Of a stretch of DNA of 64,000 bases, positions 35,201 through 46,158 are shown piece by piece. The number at the start of each line of letters is the position of its first letter. Within the stretch, counting starts at the first letter, position 1. The notes under the pieces were generated by a model that searched no databases, was not told where the DNA came from, and was given only the letters and a program-made list of their open reading frames with translations. This DNA comes from Lingula anatina (Eukaryota; Animalia; Brachiopoda). The stretch is from positions 8,246,001 to 8,310,000 of the forward strand of contig CM120641.1 in the NCBI GenBank assembly GCA_051362555.1. Direction: 5' to 3'. Position numbers and translations under genes: made by a program.

Positions 35201-38200
35201 CCTACTTTTCACCCTGAACTGAACTCTGCTAATTTCTTTCTCTTTTAACTCCAAACCTGGCAGAGATAGGTCCATAGTTACTATTGAAGTTGAATAGGAA
35301 GTCATATACTGGCAATCTAAATGTGACCTTGAAATTGACCTTTGACCTACTTTTTATCATGAATTGAACTTTGCAAATTTTGGTTCCCTTTTATCTCCAA
35401 AACTGGCAGAGATAGGTCCATAGTTACTATTGAAGTTGAATGGGAAGTCATATACTGGCAATCTTTCTGTGACCTTGAAATTGACCTTTGACCTACTTTT
35501 CACCATGAACTGAACTTTGCAAATTTTGCTTCCCTTTTATCTCCAAACCTGGCAGAGATAGGTCCATAGTTACTATTGAAGTTGAATAGGAAGTCATATA
35601 CTGGCAATCTAAATGTGACCTTGAAATTGACCTTTGGCCTACTTTTTATCATGAATTGAACTTTGCAAATTTTGGTTCTCTTTTATCTCCAAAACTGGCA
35701 GAGATAGGTCCATAGTTACTATTGAACTTGAATAGGAAGTCATATACTGGCAATCTTTCTGTGACCTTGAAATTGACCTTTGACCTACTTTTCATCATGA
35801 ACTGAACTTTGCAAATTTTGCTTCCCTTTTATCTCCAAAGTTACGCTGTATCAAAAAGCACATTTTGGTGGTGAAAGCAAAATGTGCAGTACGGTAATGG
35901 ATAATAAATTTTGAACTCTGGAAAAATAAAACATAAGGCTTGGCAAAGCAGGCAACTTGTGGTCAAAAATGACATTATTTCATCAAATTTGAACATCTGG
36001 AACTTCAGAGCACCACCCATTTCAAGAATTTTTACCAAAATTACCTTTTCTTTATTTTAATTAATTTTTTCCGTAGGAAATTTATGGGACATTATGGTAA
36101 CTCCAAAATTATAACATTTAGTCCCTTATATCTCCAAAACTGGCAGAGATAAGTCCATAGTTACTATTGAAGTTGAATAGGAAGTCGTACTGGCAATCTT
36201 ACTGTGACCTTGAAATTGACCTTTGACCTACTTTTCACCATGAACTGAACTTTGCAAATTTTGCTTCCATTTTATCTCCAAAGTTACGCTGTATCAAAAA
36301 GTACATTTTGGTGGTTAAAGCAAAATGTGCAGTACGGTAATGGATAATAAATTTTGAACTCCGGAAAAATAAAACATAAGGCTTGGCAAAGCAGGCAACT
36401 TGTGGTCAAAAATGACATTATTTCATCAAATTTGAACATATATATTTTTTGCGTATTTTGAAAATTCTTGTTGATTGCATTTTTATAGCTTGTCAAGCAT
36501 AAGACTGGTGGCTGTGTCCCTTATTTTGTGTATGTGGGGGTCTATACGAATGCGCTTGCTCCAGCTGGTGGTACAATATTCGGAGGCGGTATCGCCTCTC
36601 TGATCCTCTAGTTAATGTATTCTGTATTCCTAGTAAAGTGAGTGATCTATACTATCTTATACATTTTGCATGCCTATAATATTAGAATATTAACTTATTG
36701 GTATATATTCATAGATGAACCTTTAATAAATTTGCAAATATGTGTAATGATAATTAACTTTTTTTGAATATTAATAAATATAAATATTATTAATATTCTG
36801 TTGCATCAGGGAGTCAAGTTTTAACACCCATTAACAAAAAGGGTGGAGGTGAGAGAGAGTAGGGTGAAATAATGGGGAATTTCTGCATGCTCCCTTGAAT
36901 GTTTTATATTGAAATTGGTTGTAGTGATGTTTTTTCCCTTTGTTTTAACTGATGTGATTTTAATAATTCCCCTGCATGTTAAGATATTTTAGCATCAAAC
37001 ATATTCAGGGGTAGAAAAATTTAAAGAATTCATGGTGGCCTTTTGAACCCAAAACGTTTTAAGGTAAAAAGATCCATACTGAATTTTCTGCACATGAATA
37101 ACATTTCCAGAAAATAATAAAAAACCCATTGTCAAAAAAGAACTCACACAAGAGAAATTGGCTGAGAAAGCTGCAGCAGCTGAAGCATTGGCAGACCGTT
37201 TCTTGTCTCAGTATGATTTAAGTGAGACTAAAACTGGTGGTAGGTTTAAGAAACGGGGCACTGAATGAAGTGGGCTATCTCATCCAAAGTCACTGCTTAT
37301 TTTCCAATTTTAAATCCTGTAGATAGGTTATAATTTTATTAATCAAAATTATTAACTAAATTGGCGAATATTATTTCAGTTATCATTTCATTAGTAAAAA
37401 ATCACTAAAAATGAAGATTAAATTAAATCACTGTATATATTTGATTCTGCATAACTAACCAATTGATGTTGTTATTATTGTGCCTTGTGTTTGATATTAT
37501 TTACCATTGTCACATTTGTTTGTCACTGTGTTGTCACGTGTCACTTTCAGTTAAGTCTGTCATTTGTTTACTTGCCTTTGTTCAACAGCACTGTCACATG
37601 ACACATCATATGGCACAAAGCTCAGTAAACTACATTCCTTTGAATAGCATACCATTATTATGATGATGATGATGATGTACATTTGCCTGCTGGACCAGTT
37701 GCTTTCTGTATTAAATCGCAAAGTGTATTAATATATTCTAATATGAATTAAAAATTATGAATTTGAATTATGATTTTGATTTCTATGCTTCATGCAGACT
37801 AATTTATCTTGCTATTTATATTGTTCGCCTCATTACGTATATTGTGATTTTTTGCAAAAGAGTATTGGATATTGACTTATTGCTTTTCAATGAATGATAA
37901 AATTGCAGCTTTGCCTAAAGAGTTAGTTGTCAGAATATTTAAACTATACATTTTCTTTGATTTTCATCAGCATTTATATCATGTACAGTTTTTGAACCTG
38001 TTTTATTTGATAGTTTTTTTTTAAACTAATATTGCTTGTAATGAAACAACTCACTAAAAGTCACATCTCTTTTATCAATAATATGGATTGGACCATGCTA
38101 GAAACATGTGCACAACTTCATTATATCATGTTACATACTTCATTTTAGATGCCAAGAAGCCAAAGAAACCTTCAGTGCCTGTTGTAAGCAAGGCTAAAAA

Positions 38201-41200
38201 GACAGCTCCAAAAGGTAAAAAGAAGAAAGAAGCAGCACCTGCAAAGAAGTCTAAAGCAAAGAAGAAGGTAGAGGAAGTAGACGAAGATGAACCACCCAAA
38301 ACCCTCACTCCTACCACAGTAATGGAGGTGAAGGCAGAGGAAGGAGAGAAAGTAAGTAGACTTACTGTATCAACCCCCATTGAACCATATACTTATTTTC
38401 AGAATGATGTCATTTCAAAATCATATTTTTTGTACAATAAGATATACAAAAATTGATTATAACCTATTCTAATGTTTATTATATTTATGTTCTCTTGTAG
38501 CAGTCAGGCACAGAGTCTCCCACTCCTTCTCACACTACCACAGAGAGCTCAATGTCCTTCATCATAGTGCGGGACGAGTTTGAGGCCACACCAGAGCCAG
38601 AGGAGAAGTCAGAGACCAAGTCCAGGGTCCTGTCCTCCATCCATACTGAGAAGACGGAGGAGGAGGAGGAGGAGGGTGGAAGTGAGACTGAGGTAGGTTG
38701 AGATGAACTGTTCATCTTTATTCAGCAAGAACTGACACTTTTCTGTGGTTGGAGGTTTTCTTCCTATATATGTGTAAAATAGAGTTTAGATTGCTTGGGA
38801 ATTGTATAAATTATTAAAAGACAGAGAAATGCAGAGTTAAGGAATAGATTTTCTCTTTTTAGTATTGTTCTATCCTTGAATTATATTTTTGAGAATGCAG
38901 TATTTTTATATTTGTATTGTATATTCCCTATGGTTACTAGGGTTTTATATCTGTATCGTCTTTGTCTGAATTTTATTTTGATCTACTGCAAATGTTATAA
39001 CATATTAAATGAAATTTGTTTTATAGTATATTTATTATTTTTTTGTTTTTCTTTGTAAAATGAAATGTTTTGGGCATACGTATTGATTTATGAATTTATG
39101 AATTTTAGAAATAATGTAAGAAAGCAAGATATGTGATACTGCCAAATGGATATGTGCCAAACTTCTAAGATTGATGAGCATTATCTTAAAGAAAACGGGA
39201 TATGGGTCAAAAACAGTTACTGAAAAAAAGTCTGCATAGGGACACAACCTTTGTACTCGTAGAGCTATGCAATTTTCTTCTTGTTATCAAGATCCATGTT
39301 TGTTTTAGTCTGTACAGCTGAAGAACGTTACAGACAAAGCTGCCAGAGAACGAAAACGACAAGCAGACCGTGAGCGAAGAAAACAGGAAGTGGAGAGAAA
39401 GAGGAAAGAACGTGAGGAACAGATCCGGAAAGAGAAAGAAGCACAGGAGGCTAAAGAAAAGCTTTGGAAAGAAATGGAAGAAGAAAGGAGAAGGAAAGAA
39501 GAAGAGATAAGGTAAATTAAATATTTTTCTAGGCATCTTTAGTGTCTAAAGTGCTATTATTTTTGGAAAGGAATGGAATGAGACCATAATTTTATTTGGA
39601 TTAAGGAGCTGCAAAAAAAAAGTATAATGAAGTGTAAATTTTCAACAAAATAAAGGAGGTCAGTTTCAAAATGCATACCAGTCATATTAATGCTGCCAGA
39701 AAACAAATTTTGAGACTCTTTGCTAAGGAGAAACTGTGCAATTCAATTTCACTGTGATCTAAATCATAACATACCAGTAGCCAATGAATGTTTGAAATAT
39801 TGTTTTCTTTTGTAGACTTCGAAAAGAACAAGCTGAAGAAGAAGAAAGACTGGCAGAGGAGAGGGAAAAGGAGGCTGAGAAAAGGCGCCTGGCGGAAATG
39901 GACCGTGAAAAGAGAATGAAGGAAGAGTATGTTAGAAAACTGGAAGAAATGAGAAAGAAGCAGAAACTGGAGGAAGAAAAGCGGAAAGGTATGTGTATGT
40001 GATGAAATAATGTCATGAAGGTGGTTGCCTTGTTACTTTTGTTTCATCTCAAAGTTGGGCAATTCTAGGCATATTATTGTACCACCAGCGTAGGCGCTGG
40101 CGGTACCCATGGTTTTAGTCCCGACCCGTATGTTCCGCCGGCTCCTGCGGCTCCTGCGGCTCCTGCGGCTCCGCCGCCAAGTCACCGTTACCGCTTCTCC
40201 TCCTAGACGGTAAGGGCCCCTGTACCCATCTCTTGGATTTAGGTCACCTATAATCTCAACTCGTTCCACGTAAAATTTGGGCTTTGTCGGTATTGGGGTC
40301 TAGGTGTGGCACTCATTGCAATGCACCCTTGTCTAAAAATGGCAAAATTAAATGCTAATTATCTACCCTACGGAAGGAGTTATGGGAAAAATTTCTACAG
40401 ACAGCTTTCCAAAAGTCATATGTGTAGATTTCAAATATGCCCTTGGATTTGACCTTTGACCTTTATTTCAAGGTCAAACGGGCCAAAATTTTCAAAAAAA
40501 TGAAATTTTTTACGAAAAAAATTTTTTTTGCCCTGTTATTCAGACACCACATAGACTTTACTAATGATATTATTGGAAAGTGTTACCCTTCGGGTCATCT
40601 TTCATCTCCGTGAATTTGGGGTCAATCGGTGCATTTTCACGGGAGTAGCGGCCATAAAGTACCTAAACTGAAAACTGTCTCTAATTTGGGAACCGTTAAT
40701 GCTAGAGACCCATTCTTTTTTGCATTTTGTAGAGCATGTAAAGCCCAACACTGAAGGTGGTCTCCGTTTTTTTGTATTCCATACGGTTTTCAAGTTACGC
40801 TGTATCAAAAAGTACATATTGGTGGTGAAAGCAAAATGTGCAGTACGGTAATGGATAATAAATTTTGAACTCTGGAAAAATAATACATAAGGCTTGGCAA
40901 AGCAGACAACTTGTGGTCAAAAATGACATTATTTCATCAAATTTGAACTTCTGGAACTTCAGAGCACCTCTTATTTTAAGAATTTTGACCAAAGTGATGT
41001 TTTCTTTATTTTAATTAATTTTTTTCTGTAGGAAATTTATGGCACATTATGGTAACTCCAAAATTATAACAATTAGTCCCTTATATCTCCAAAACTGGCA
41101 GAGATAGGTCCATAGTTACTATTGAAGTTGAATAGGAAGTCATATAGTGGCAATCTTACTGTGACCTTGAAATTGACCTTTGACCTACTTTTCACCATGA

Positions 41201-43065
41201 ACTGAACTTTGCAAATTTTGCTTCCCTTATATCTCCAAAACTGGCAGAGATAGGTCCAAAGTTACTATTGAAGTTGAATGGGAAGTCATATACTGGCAAT
41301 CTAAATGTGACCTTAAAATTGACCTTTGACCTACTTTTCACCATGAACTGAACTTTGCAAATTTTGCTTCCCTTTTATCTCCAAAACTGGCAGAGATAGG
41401 TCCATAGTTACTATTGAACTTGAATAGAAAGTCATATACTGGCAATCTTACTGTGACCTTGAAATTGACATTTGACCTACTTTTCACCATGAACTGAATT
41501 TTGCAAATTTTGCTTCCCTTTTATCTCCAAAACTGGCAGAGATAGGTCCATAGTTACTATTGAACTTGAATAGGAAGTCATATACTGGCAATCTAAGTGT
41601 GACCTTGAAATTGACCTTTGACCTACTTTTCACCATGAACTGAACTTTGCAAATTTTGCTTCCCTTTTATCTCCAAAACTAGCGAGATAGGTCCATAGTT
41701 TCTATTGAAATTGAATAGGAAGTCATATACTGGCAATCTAAGTGTGACCTTGAAATTGACCTTTGATCTACTTATTATCATGAACTGAACTCTGCTAATT
41801 TCTTTCTCTTTTAACTCCAAACCTGGCAGAGATAGGTCCATAGTTACTATTGAACTTGAACAGGAAGTCATATACTGGCAATTTACTGTGACCTTGAAAA
41901 TGAGCTTTCACCTACCTTACAATGAACTTAAATTTGATTGTACCATTTTTAGTTTCATATATTTTTTGCATATATTGAAAATTCTTGTTGATTGCATGTT
42001 TACAGCTTGTCAAGCACAAGACTGGGGGCTGTGTCCCTTATTTTGTGTATGTGGGGGTCTATACGAATGCGCTTGCTCCAGCTGGTGGTACAATATTCGG
42101 AGGCGGTATCGCCTCTCTGATCCTCTAGTTTCATCAATCTTATGCAGAACATAGGCAAGTTACCAGTAAGTAAAAAATCAATTATTTATTAATGACATAC
42201 TTAAAATGTCAAGAACACATGTACAAGGTTTATCATGCTTGCTTCATTTTTCATCTTGCAGAGTTAGAGAGGCAACGCCAAGAAGAAGAAGAAAGACTTA
42301 GGCTTGAAGAGGAGGCAATGTTGGCAACCATGGCAGAAGCTGAACGCGAAGAATATGAAAGGAAAAAGAAAGAAGAGGCAGAACTGAGGGCTAAACGTGA
42401 AGAAGAAGAAAGGTAAGTTTTTCATGAAATGTAATATTAAATACCTTCTACCTAGGCCACAGATTGATATTTCTCCAGATATTCACAGATATGTATCTTG
42501 CTAATTCATGTCAATTTTTTCTACTGTCCAGCACAAAATATTTTGCATGGAATTAATTTACAGTAATAAACATCTATTCTATGTCAAATTATTTTAATAA
42601 AATACTGATTAAATTATTTTATTTAAAATATTAAAATACTGTTCAAAATATGTAACTTACAAAATCACCTACAGTAATTATACTCATCTAGTTCCCAAAG
42701 TGTTTTTAAAAGTAAGATCCAGATTTCTGTTTATTGAAAAATAGCATATGTATAACATACATTCTTTAAAATCTGACACATGTGCCTCAATTATCTACTT
42801 TCATTTTTTTAGAATCAAACGTGAAGAGGAGCTCCAGAAACAAATGGAAGCTGCACAAAAATATGCTGAGGAAATGGCAAGGAAAAAAGCTGAGTTCGAG
42901 GCCAGGATGATGTTTAATCGTGGCCTCCAGGTGGAGGCTAGTGGACTGGACCACACCCAGGACATCAACAGAGCTTTTGTCTGGTCTTATTATGAACTTT
43001 TGCAGTGGCTGGGAATTGATATACCAGATTTTGAAAAACAGAAACACAATCTGGATAATTTATGA
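11852..43065 (+). CDS. KIAA2012: KIAA2012-like protein (C-terminal DUF4670 / ER-K-rich coiled coil), 29 predicted exons, about 1726 aa
   Basis: N-terminus MNLSLLSRGIGEVQQNGHEKVEVKLEPE|DYFNW...LPKTFTTRKGALLLFSE, internal IRPGFSARRYL and C-terminal QDINRAFVWSYYELL resemble human KIAA2012 as I recall it (MFTLSLLSRG..LEVYFEPEDYLNW..LPKTFSTRKGALILYSE; ISRPWVYSYF). Phase-consistent GT-AG exons: 11852-11950, 13846-14166, 17263-17416, 17725-17907, 18213-18445, 18609-18692, 20179-20290, 21496-21711, 21934-22065, 22511-22657, 23002-23163, 23558-23734, 24060-24230, 24739-24870, 26121-26282, 27236-27411, 28083-28196, 29451-29547, 30014-30403, 31397-31782, 32256-32418, 32689-32754, 37111-37239, 38149-38351, 38501-38692, 39309-39511, 39816-39988, 42262-42412, 42813-43065 (sum 5181 nt, divisible by 3, ends TGA). 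Middle low-complexity exons are less certain and some may be alternative. Confidence 0.88.
14376..14488. repeat. (ATATT)n microsatellite
   Basis: About 22 pentamer units with one variant, in intron 2. Confidence 0.95.
14960..15954 (-). mobile_element. 5'-truncated L2-clade LINE (ORF2 C-terminus, 3' UTR, (TTA)n tail)
   Basis: Uninterrupted 263-aa ORF 15163-15954 with WLISNKLKINDGKTEFL, VKNLGVYFDSTLSM, SRLDYCNSILYG, HITPILKHLHWLPV, WNKLP..FKKELKT. The 3' end reads ...AAATAAATATATTATTATTATTAT on the minus strand. Antisense to the host gene. Confidence 0.92.
22147..22180. other. 20-bp perfect palindrome flanked by a 7-bp direct repeat (possible transposon footprint)
   Basis: TATGAAG-CAAGGAGTTG/CAACTCCTTG-TATGAAG, read directly. 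Confidence 0.6.
23835..23898. repeat. poly(A)/(AAAT)n tract
   Basis: A-run followed by AAAT/AAAAT units. Confidence 0.85.
28560..28575 (+). promoter_or_regulatory. CTCF-like motif in an intron
   Basis: TCACTAGATGGCAGCA is close to the CCASYAGRKGGCRS consensus; motif match only. Confidence 0.3.
32206..32248. repeat. (TTA)n microsatellite abutting a splice acceptor
   Basis: About 14 units ending a few bases before CAG (32253-55). Confidence 0.9.
32917..36613 (+). mobile_element. Helentron-associated non-autonomous element (HINE/DINE-1-like), family A, copy 1
   Basis: 5' subTIR TATTGTACCACCAGC (32917-31) within a 5' hairpin, GC-rich 9-bp microsatellite (about 32977-33029), central 146-bp tandem array, 3' subTIR GCTGGTGGTACAATA (36564-78), short stem-loop GAGGCG-gtat-CGCCTC and CTAGTT end, inserted in a T-rich site with no TSD. 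This is the canonical HINE architecture. Confidence 0.9.
33940..35839. repeat. 146-bp satellite array inside HINE copy 1 (13 units, plus one more at about 36146)
   Basis: Anchor GAGATAGGTC at 33951, 34097, 34243, 34389, 34534, 34680, 34826, 34972, 35118, 35263, 35409, 35555, 35701. Confidence 0.95.
40075..42130 (+). mobile_element. HINE family A, copy 2
   Basis: Same subTIRs (40075-89 and 42081-95), microsatellite, 3' stem-loop and CTAGTT end as copy 1. Flanking segments are highly similar but the array has only about 6 monomers. Confidence 0.9.
41090..41900. repeat. 146-bp satellite array inside HINE copy 2 (about 6 units, the last partial)
   Basis: Anchor GAGATAGGTC at 41101, 41247, 41393, 41539, 41684, 41829. 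Confidence 0.95.
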
Positions 43066-44409
43066 AACCTTATCTGTCTGACAGATGTTTTGAAAAGCAG
43101 GAATGGATAATATGGTTAAAAAAATGGTTTTACTCTATCAAGTATTGGAGTGGATGGAAGTGAATGTAAGTCAGCATTTGAAAATATTGGAATAGAGAAG
43201 GATATATGGTCTTGCTGTTCATAATTTATGTGATATCGATGGTGAGGAGATTGAAAAAATAGAAATACAAGGTTTTTCATCTTCCCTTTGTTTAATTTTT
43301 CTACCATGATAATAATGTTTAAATAATGTTGAACTGTATGACAGTTTTAAATAACATTATTAACCTGTGATATATCATACAGTATGTAGTTTTTGAAGTA
43401 CAAGGTCAGATTGTATTTGTATAGTTTTTGTATTTTACGTATACATGTAAAATTGTATAATTTTTTGAAAGCCATATGAGCGTCAGTACTTTGGTTTTCA
43501 AGATGGAAATTAAATTTTCATTTGCAGTTGGGGTCAAAATCAACTGCAGTGAAAGGGGATTAAGTTTAAGTATGAATTGCATTTTGAGAAGTTGTTGATT
43601 TTGAAGTCTTTTACTGGATCTATTTTATGATATATTTTTGATGGTTAAAGGTATAAACTGCTATGTTTTACATGTTTCTTTGTATGCAAATATTATACAA
43701 GCAAATATAGTGTCTGAAAAATTGGGAATATCTGTGTACACAAGGTATTTTTGGTCATGAAACAGGAAAGAATTGCAATCAGGTGATTGTAAGGTTTTTA
43801 TATGTAGTTGCATTTATTTAAGGTAAATACCATATAAATGTAAAAAGCAATTTAAACCCAACTAATACTTTAGTTAGTGAAAATTACTATCACTAAATTG
43901 ACCTCTTCTTAAACCATTTTAACTTAATTTGTACAGGCATTTTCCCTTTACAGCTTATGCAAATGCTATTCACCAAAATAGATATAAGTTTGCTTCCAAA
44001 CAAAAATTTTATAGAGAACTGTTAAAATATTTTAATGCTGGATATTGAAGCAGATAATAAAATATATTTTCAAAAAATTAACTTATCACGTTTTTATTCA
44101 AATGACTTGAAGCATGATCTATTATGTCATAGTGGTATTTTTTTTTTTTTTTTCAAAAAATTAAGAAGATCAATATATATCAATAAAATAAGTTTAAACT
44201 GTTATCTTCGTATTTAATTCTCTTTGGGGAAGTAAACTGTAGATCCATACGAATAACTATTTTGTTTGGGAAATGTGCTAGAGGAGCAAAAAAAGAATGT
44301 GCTTGGAGGAGCAAGGTCAAGGTCACCCCTACAAATGCTTCCGCTATGTCATCTGCAACTAAATACACTTGTTGATTGGAGTGGAACAGCAACCTCTACA
44401 ACAGCAGGT

Positions 44410-44760
44410 CCAACCGTCCCTTATAATGGTTTAAAATAGTCTATTAGAGATACGGCCATGGAAGGAGATATTAAGAATACCCTAGACACTGTAGCAGTTG
44501 AGAAATTGTCTACGGAAAAACGGGATCGTAAGTTTTTCAGTCGTTTTTACTATTTGTACCGTCTAGTAATATTACAATCAGTATCATCAATCGTAAGCCT
44601 GCTCGAGTACCGAGTCCAGGTCGTTGCCATATGGTAATTACACTGACAGTGGAAGCGGCTTCGTAAGAGTTTGACTAAATTTGTGGAAAGTAATGTATTT
44701 TAGAATTTTTTCGTAGACACTGTAGGGGAGGTTTGCCATTTTAGTTTTCAACGAAAATGT
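44410..44760. promoter_or_regulatory. CpG-retaining patch, candidate promoter or non-coding first exon of the SLC15 gene
   Basis: About 15 CpGs in 350 bp within otherwise CpG-poor DNA, just downstream of an AATAAA (44182) that could end the KIAA2012 3' UTR. Candidate donor C|GTAAGA at about 44663. The first coding exon at 47248 is preceded by an acceptor, so an upstream exon is expected. Confidence 0.4.
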
Positions 44761-45681
44761 GGTTGGTCACCAGCTGTTTTGTTTTGAGAATATTTTTTTT
44801 TTCAATCAACAGGACATGGACCACAATCCATAAGTTTGATCACCTATACTAAATCATGAAAGTTTGAAAATTTTTAATATCTTAAGAATTATATGGCAAA
44901 ATTTTCGTGTGCATCATCCTTTCAGAATAAGTCCAAATTAGGGTATTTGATACTTTCTGAACTGTAAACCAAAATCTTTTTAATTCATTGGATTGGTCTC
45001 CAAACATTAATGCACCACAAAGATGTTTATGGACCATACAGATGAGTGTTAATTTATGTTAAGGATAGTGGCATTGCACTTGAATCTACTTAAGATCTAG
45101 TATTTGTTACTGACAATTTAGTTTATGACTGACCAGTGATTTAATTTCCATTTTTTAGGTTTTTCTATTAATTAATAAAATAGAAATTATGAAACATTGT
45201 TATCTTTTTGCATCTTGAAAATTGACAACTATATAAGCAGTTTATGAATTGTATTTCAGATGATATACTACAGTAGTCTGTTAAAATTATTAAATGACAA
45301 AGTATAATGTGACATATTTATAATGTAGTATTGTTTATAGAGTGCTGACCATGAAATGATGATAAGTAGCCAAGTTTTTGTGCATTGAAATAATTGGTGC
45401 TTAATTATTTTGTGAATAATAATAATTTAAAGTTTATTCAACCATTGTATATATATATTATAAAATGCACATAAAATGGAAACTGTTTTGCCATCTCAGG
45501 TTTAAGAAAAATCAAATAGATAAATTAAAATGAAATAAAATAGTACAAAACAATACCAACAAAAAAGAATGGTCAAAAGTAATTATTATGTTTTACTAAT
45601 AAAAAGAGATGTAGCAAGTGGATAAAAGCTCTATTTAAAACCATTTGCTTCATCTTAAAATTACAAATCTACATTTGCTTT

Positions 45682-46158
45682 CAGGGCCGTAACCAGACCT
45701 TTAAAAATCGTACGCACAGATCTTTAAAATTCCCAGCAAAATGTAGACTAACGTAAGAGATGAAGGACAGCGTAATTACAGCATATATGTACCACACATC
45801 GTAGCTTAATTTCCATTAATAATAAAATCATCATTTAGTCAGAAATATTCTCGCAATTAAAAAAGTTTCAATATCCTTATTAACCAGAACGGTATATTTA
45901 TTTAAAAGGAGGCTAGCTTCGCATATGTGGACCCCCCTTCGAAAAATGCTGGATCCACCTCTGAGTTGAACTAACATACGGTTTCATTCACCTTACATGT
46001 GGATGCATGGCTCCCAAAAACAACCAATTGTACGTCACGACAGAGCTCTGATACATCTAAGTTTATTTATTTGTTTGTAAATATAATAAAATAATATCAT
46101 GGTTGGCCAAAAAATTGTACGCACAGTGCATCCGTGCGTATGCCTAGTTACGCCCATG
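45682..46158. mobile_element. Degenerate MITE with hAT-like TIRs and a 5-bp TSD
   Basis: TIRs CAGGGCCGTAACCAG / CTAGTTACGCCCATG (12/15 match) with GCTTT on both sides. Contains what looks like the end of a second MITE (...CTGGATCCACCTCTG, about 45949-63). Confidence 0.6.

Noticed and set aside
33940-35839. Possible CRISPR-like array
   Set aside because: Whole 146-bp units repeat with no unique spacers, there are no cas genes, and the context is a eukaryotic intron.
33453-36496. Repeated 65-82 aa ORFs (MTSYSTS..., MVKILEM...) in both HINE copies
   Set aside because: By-products of repeated non-coding sequence; no recognisable domain.
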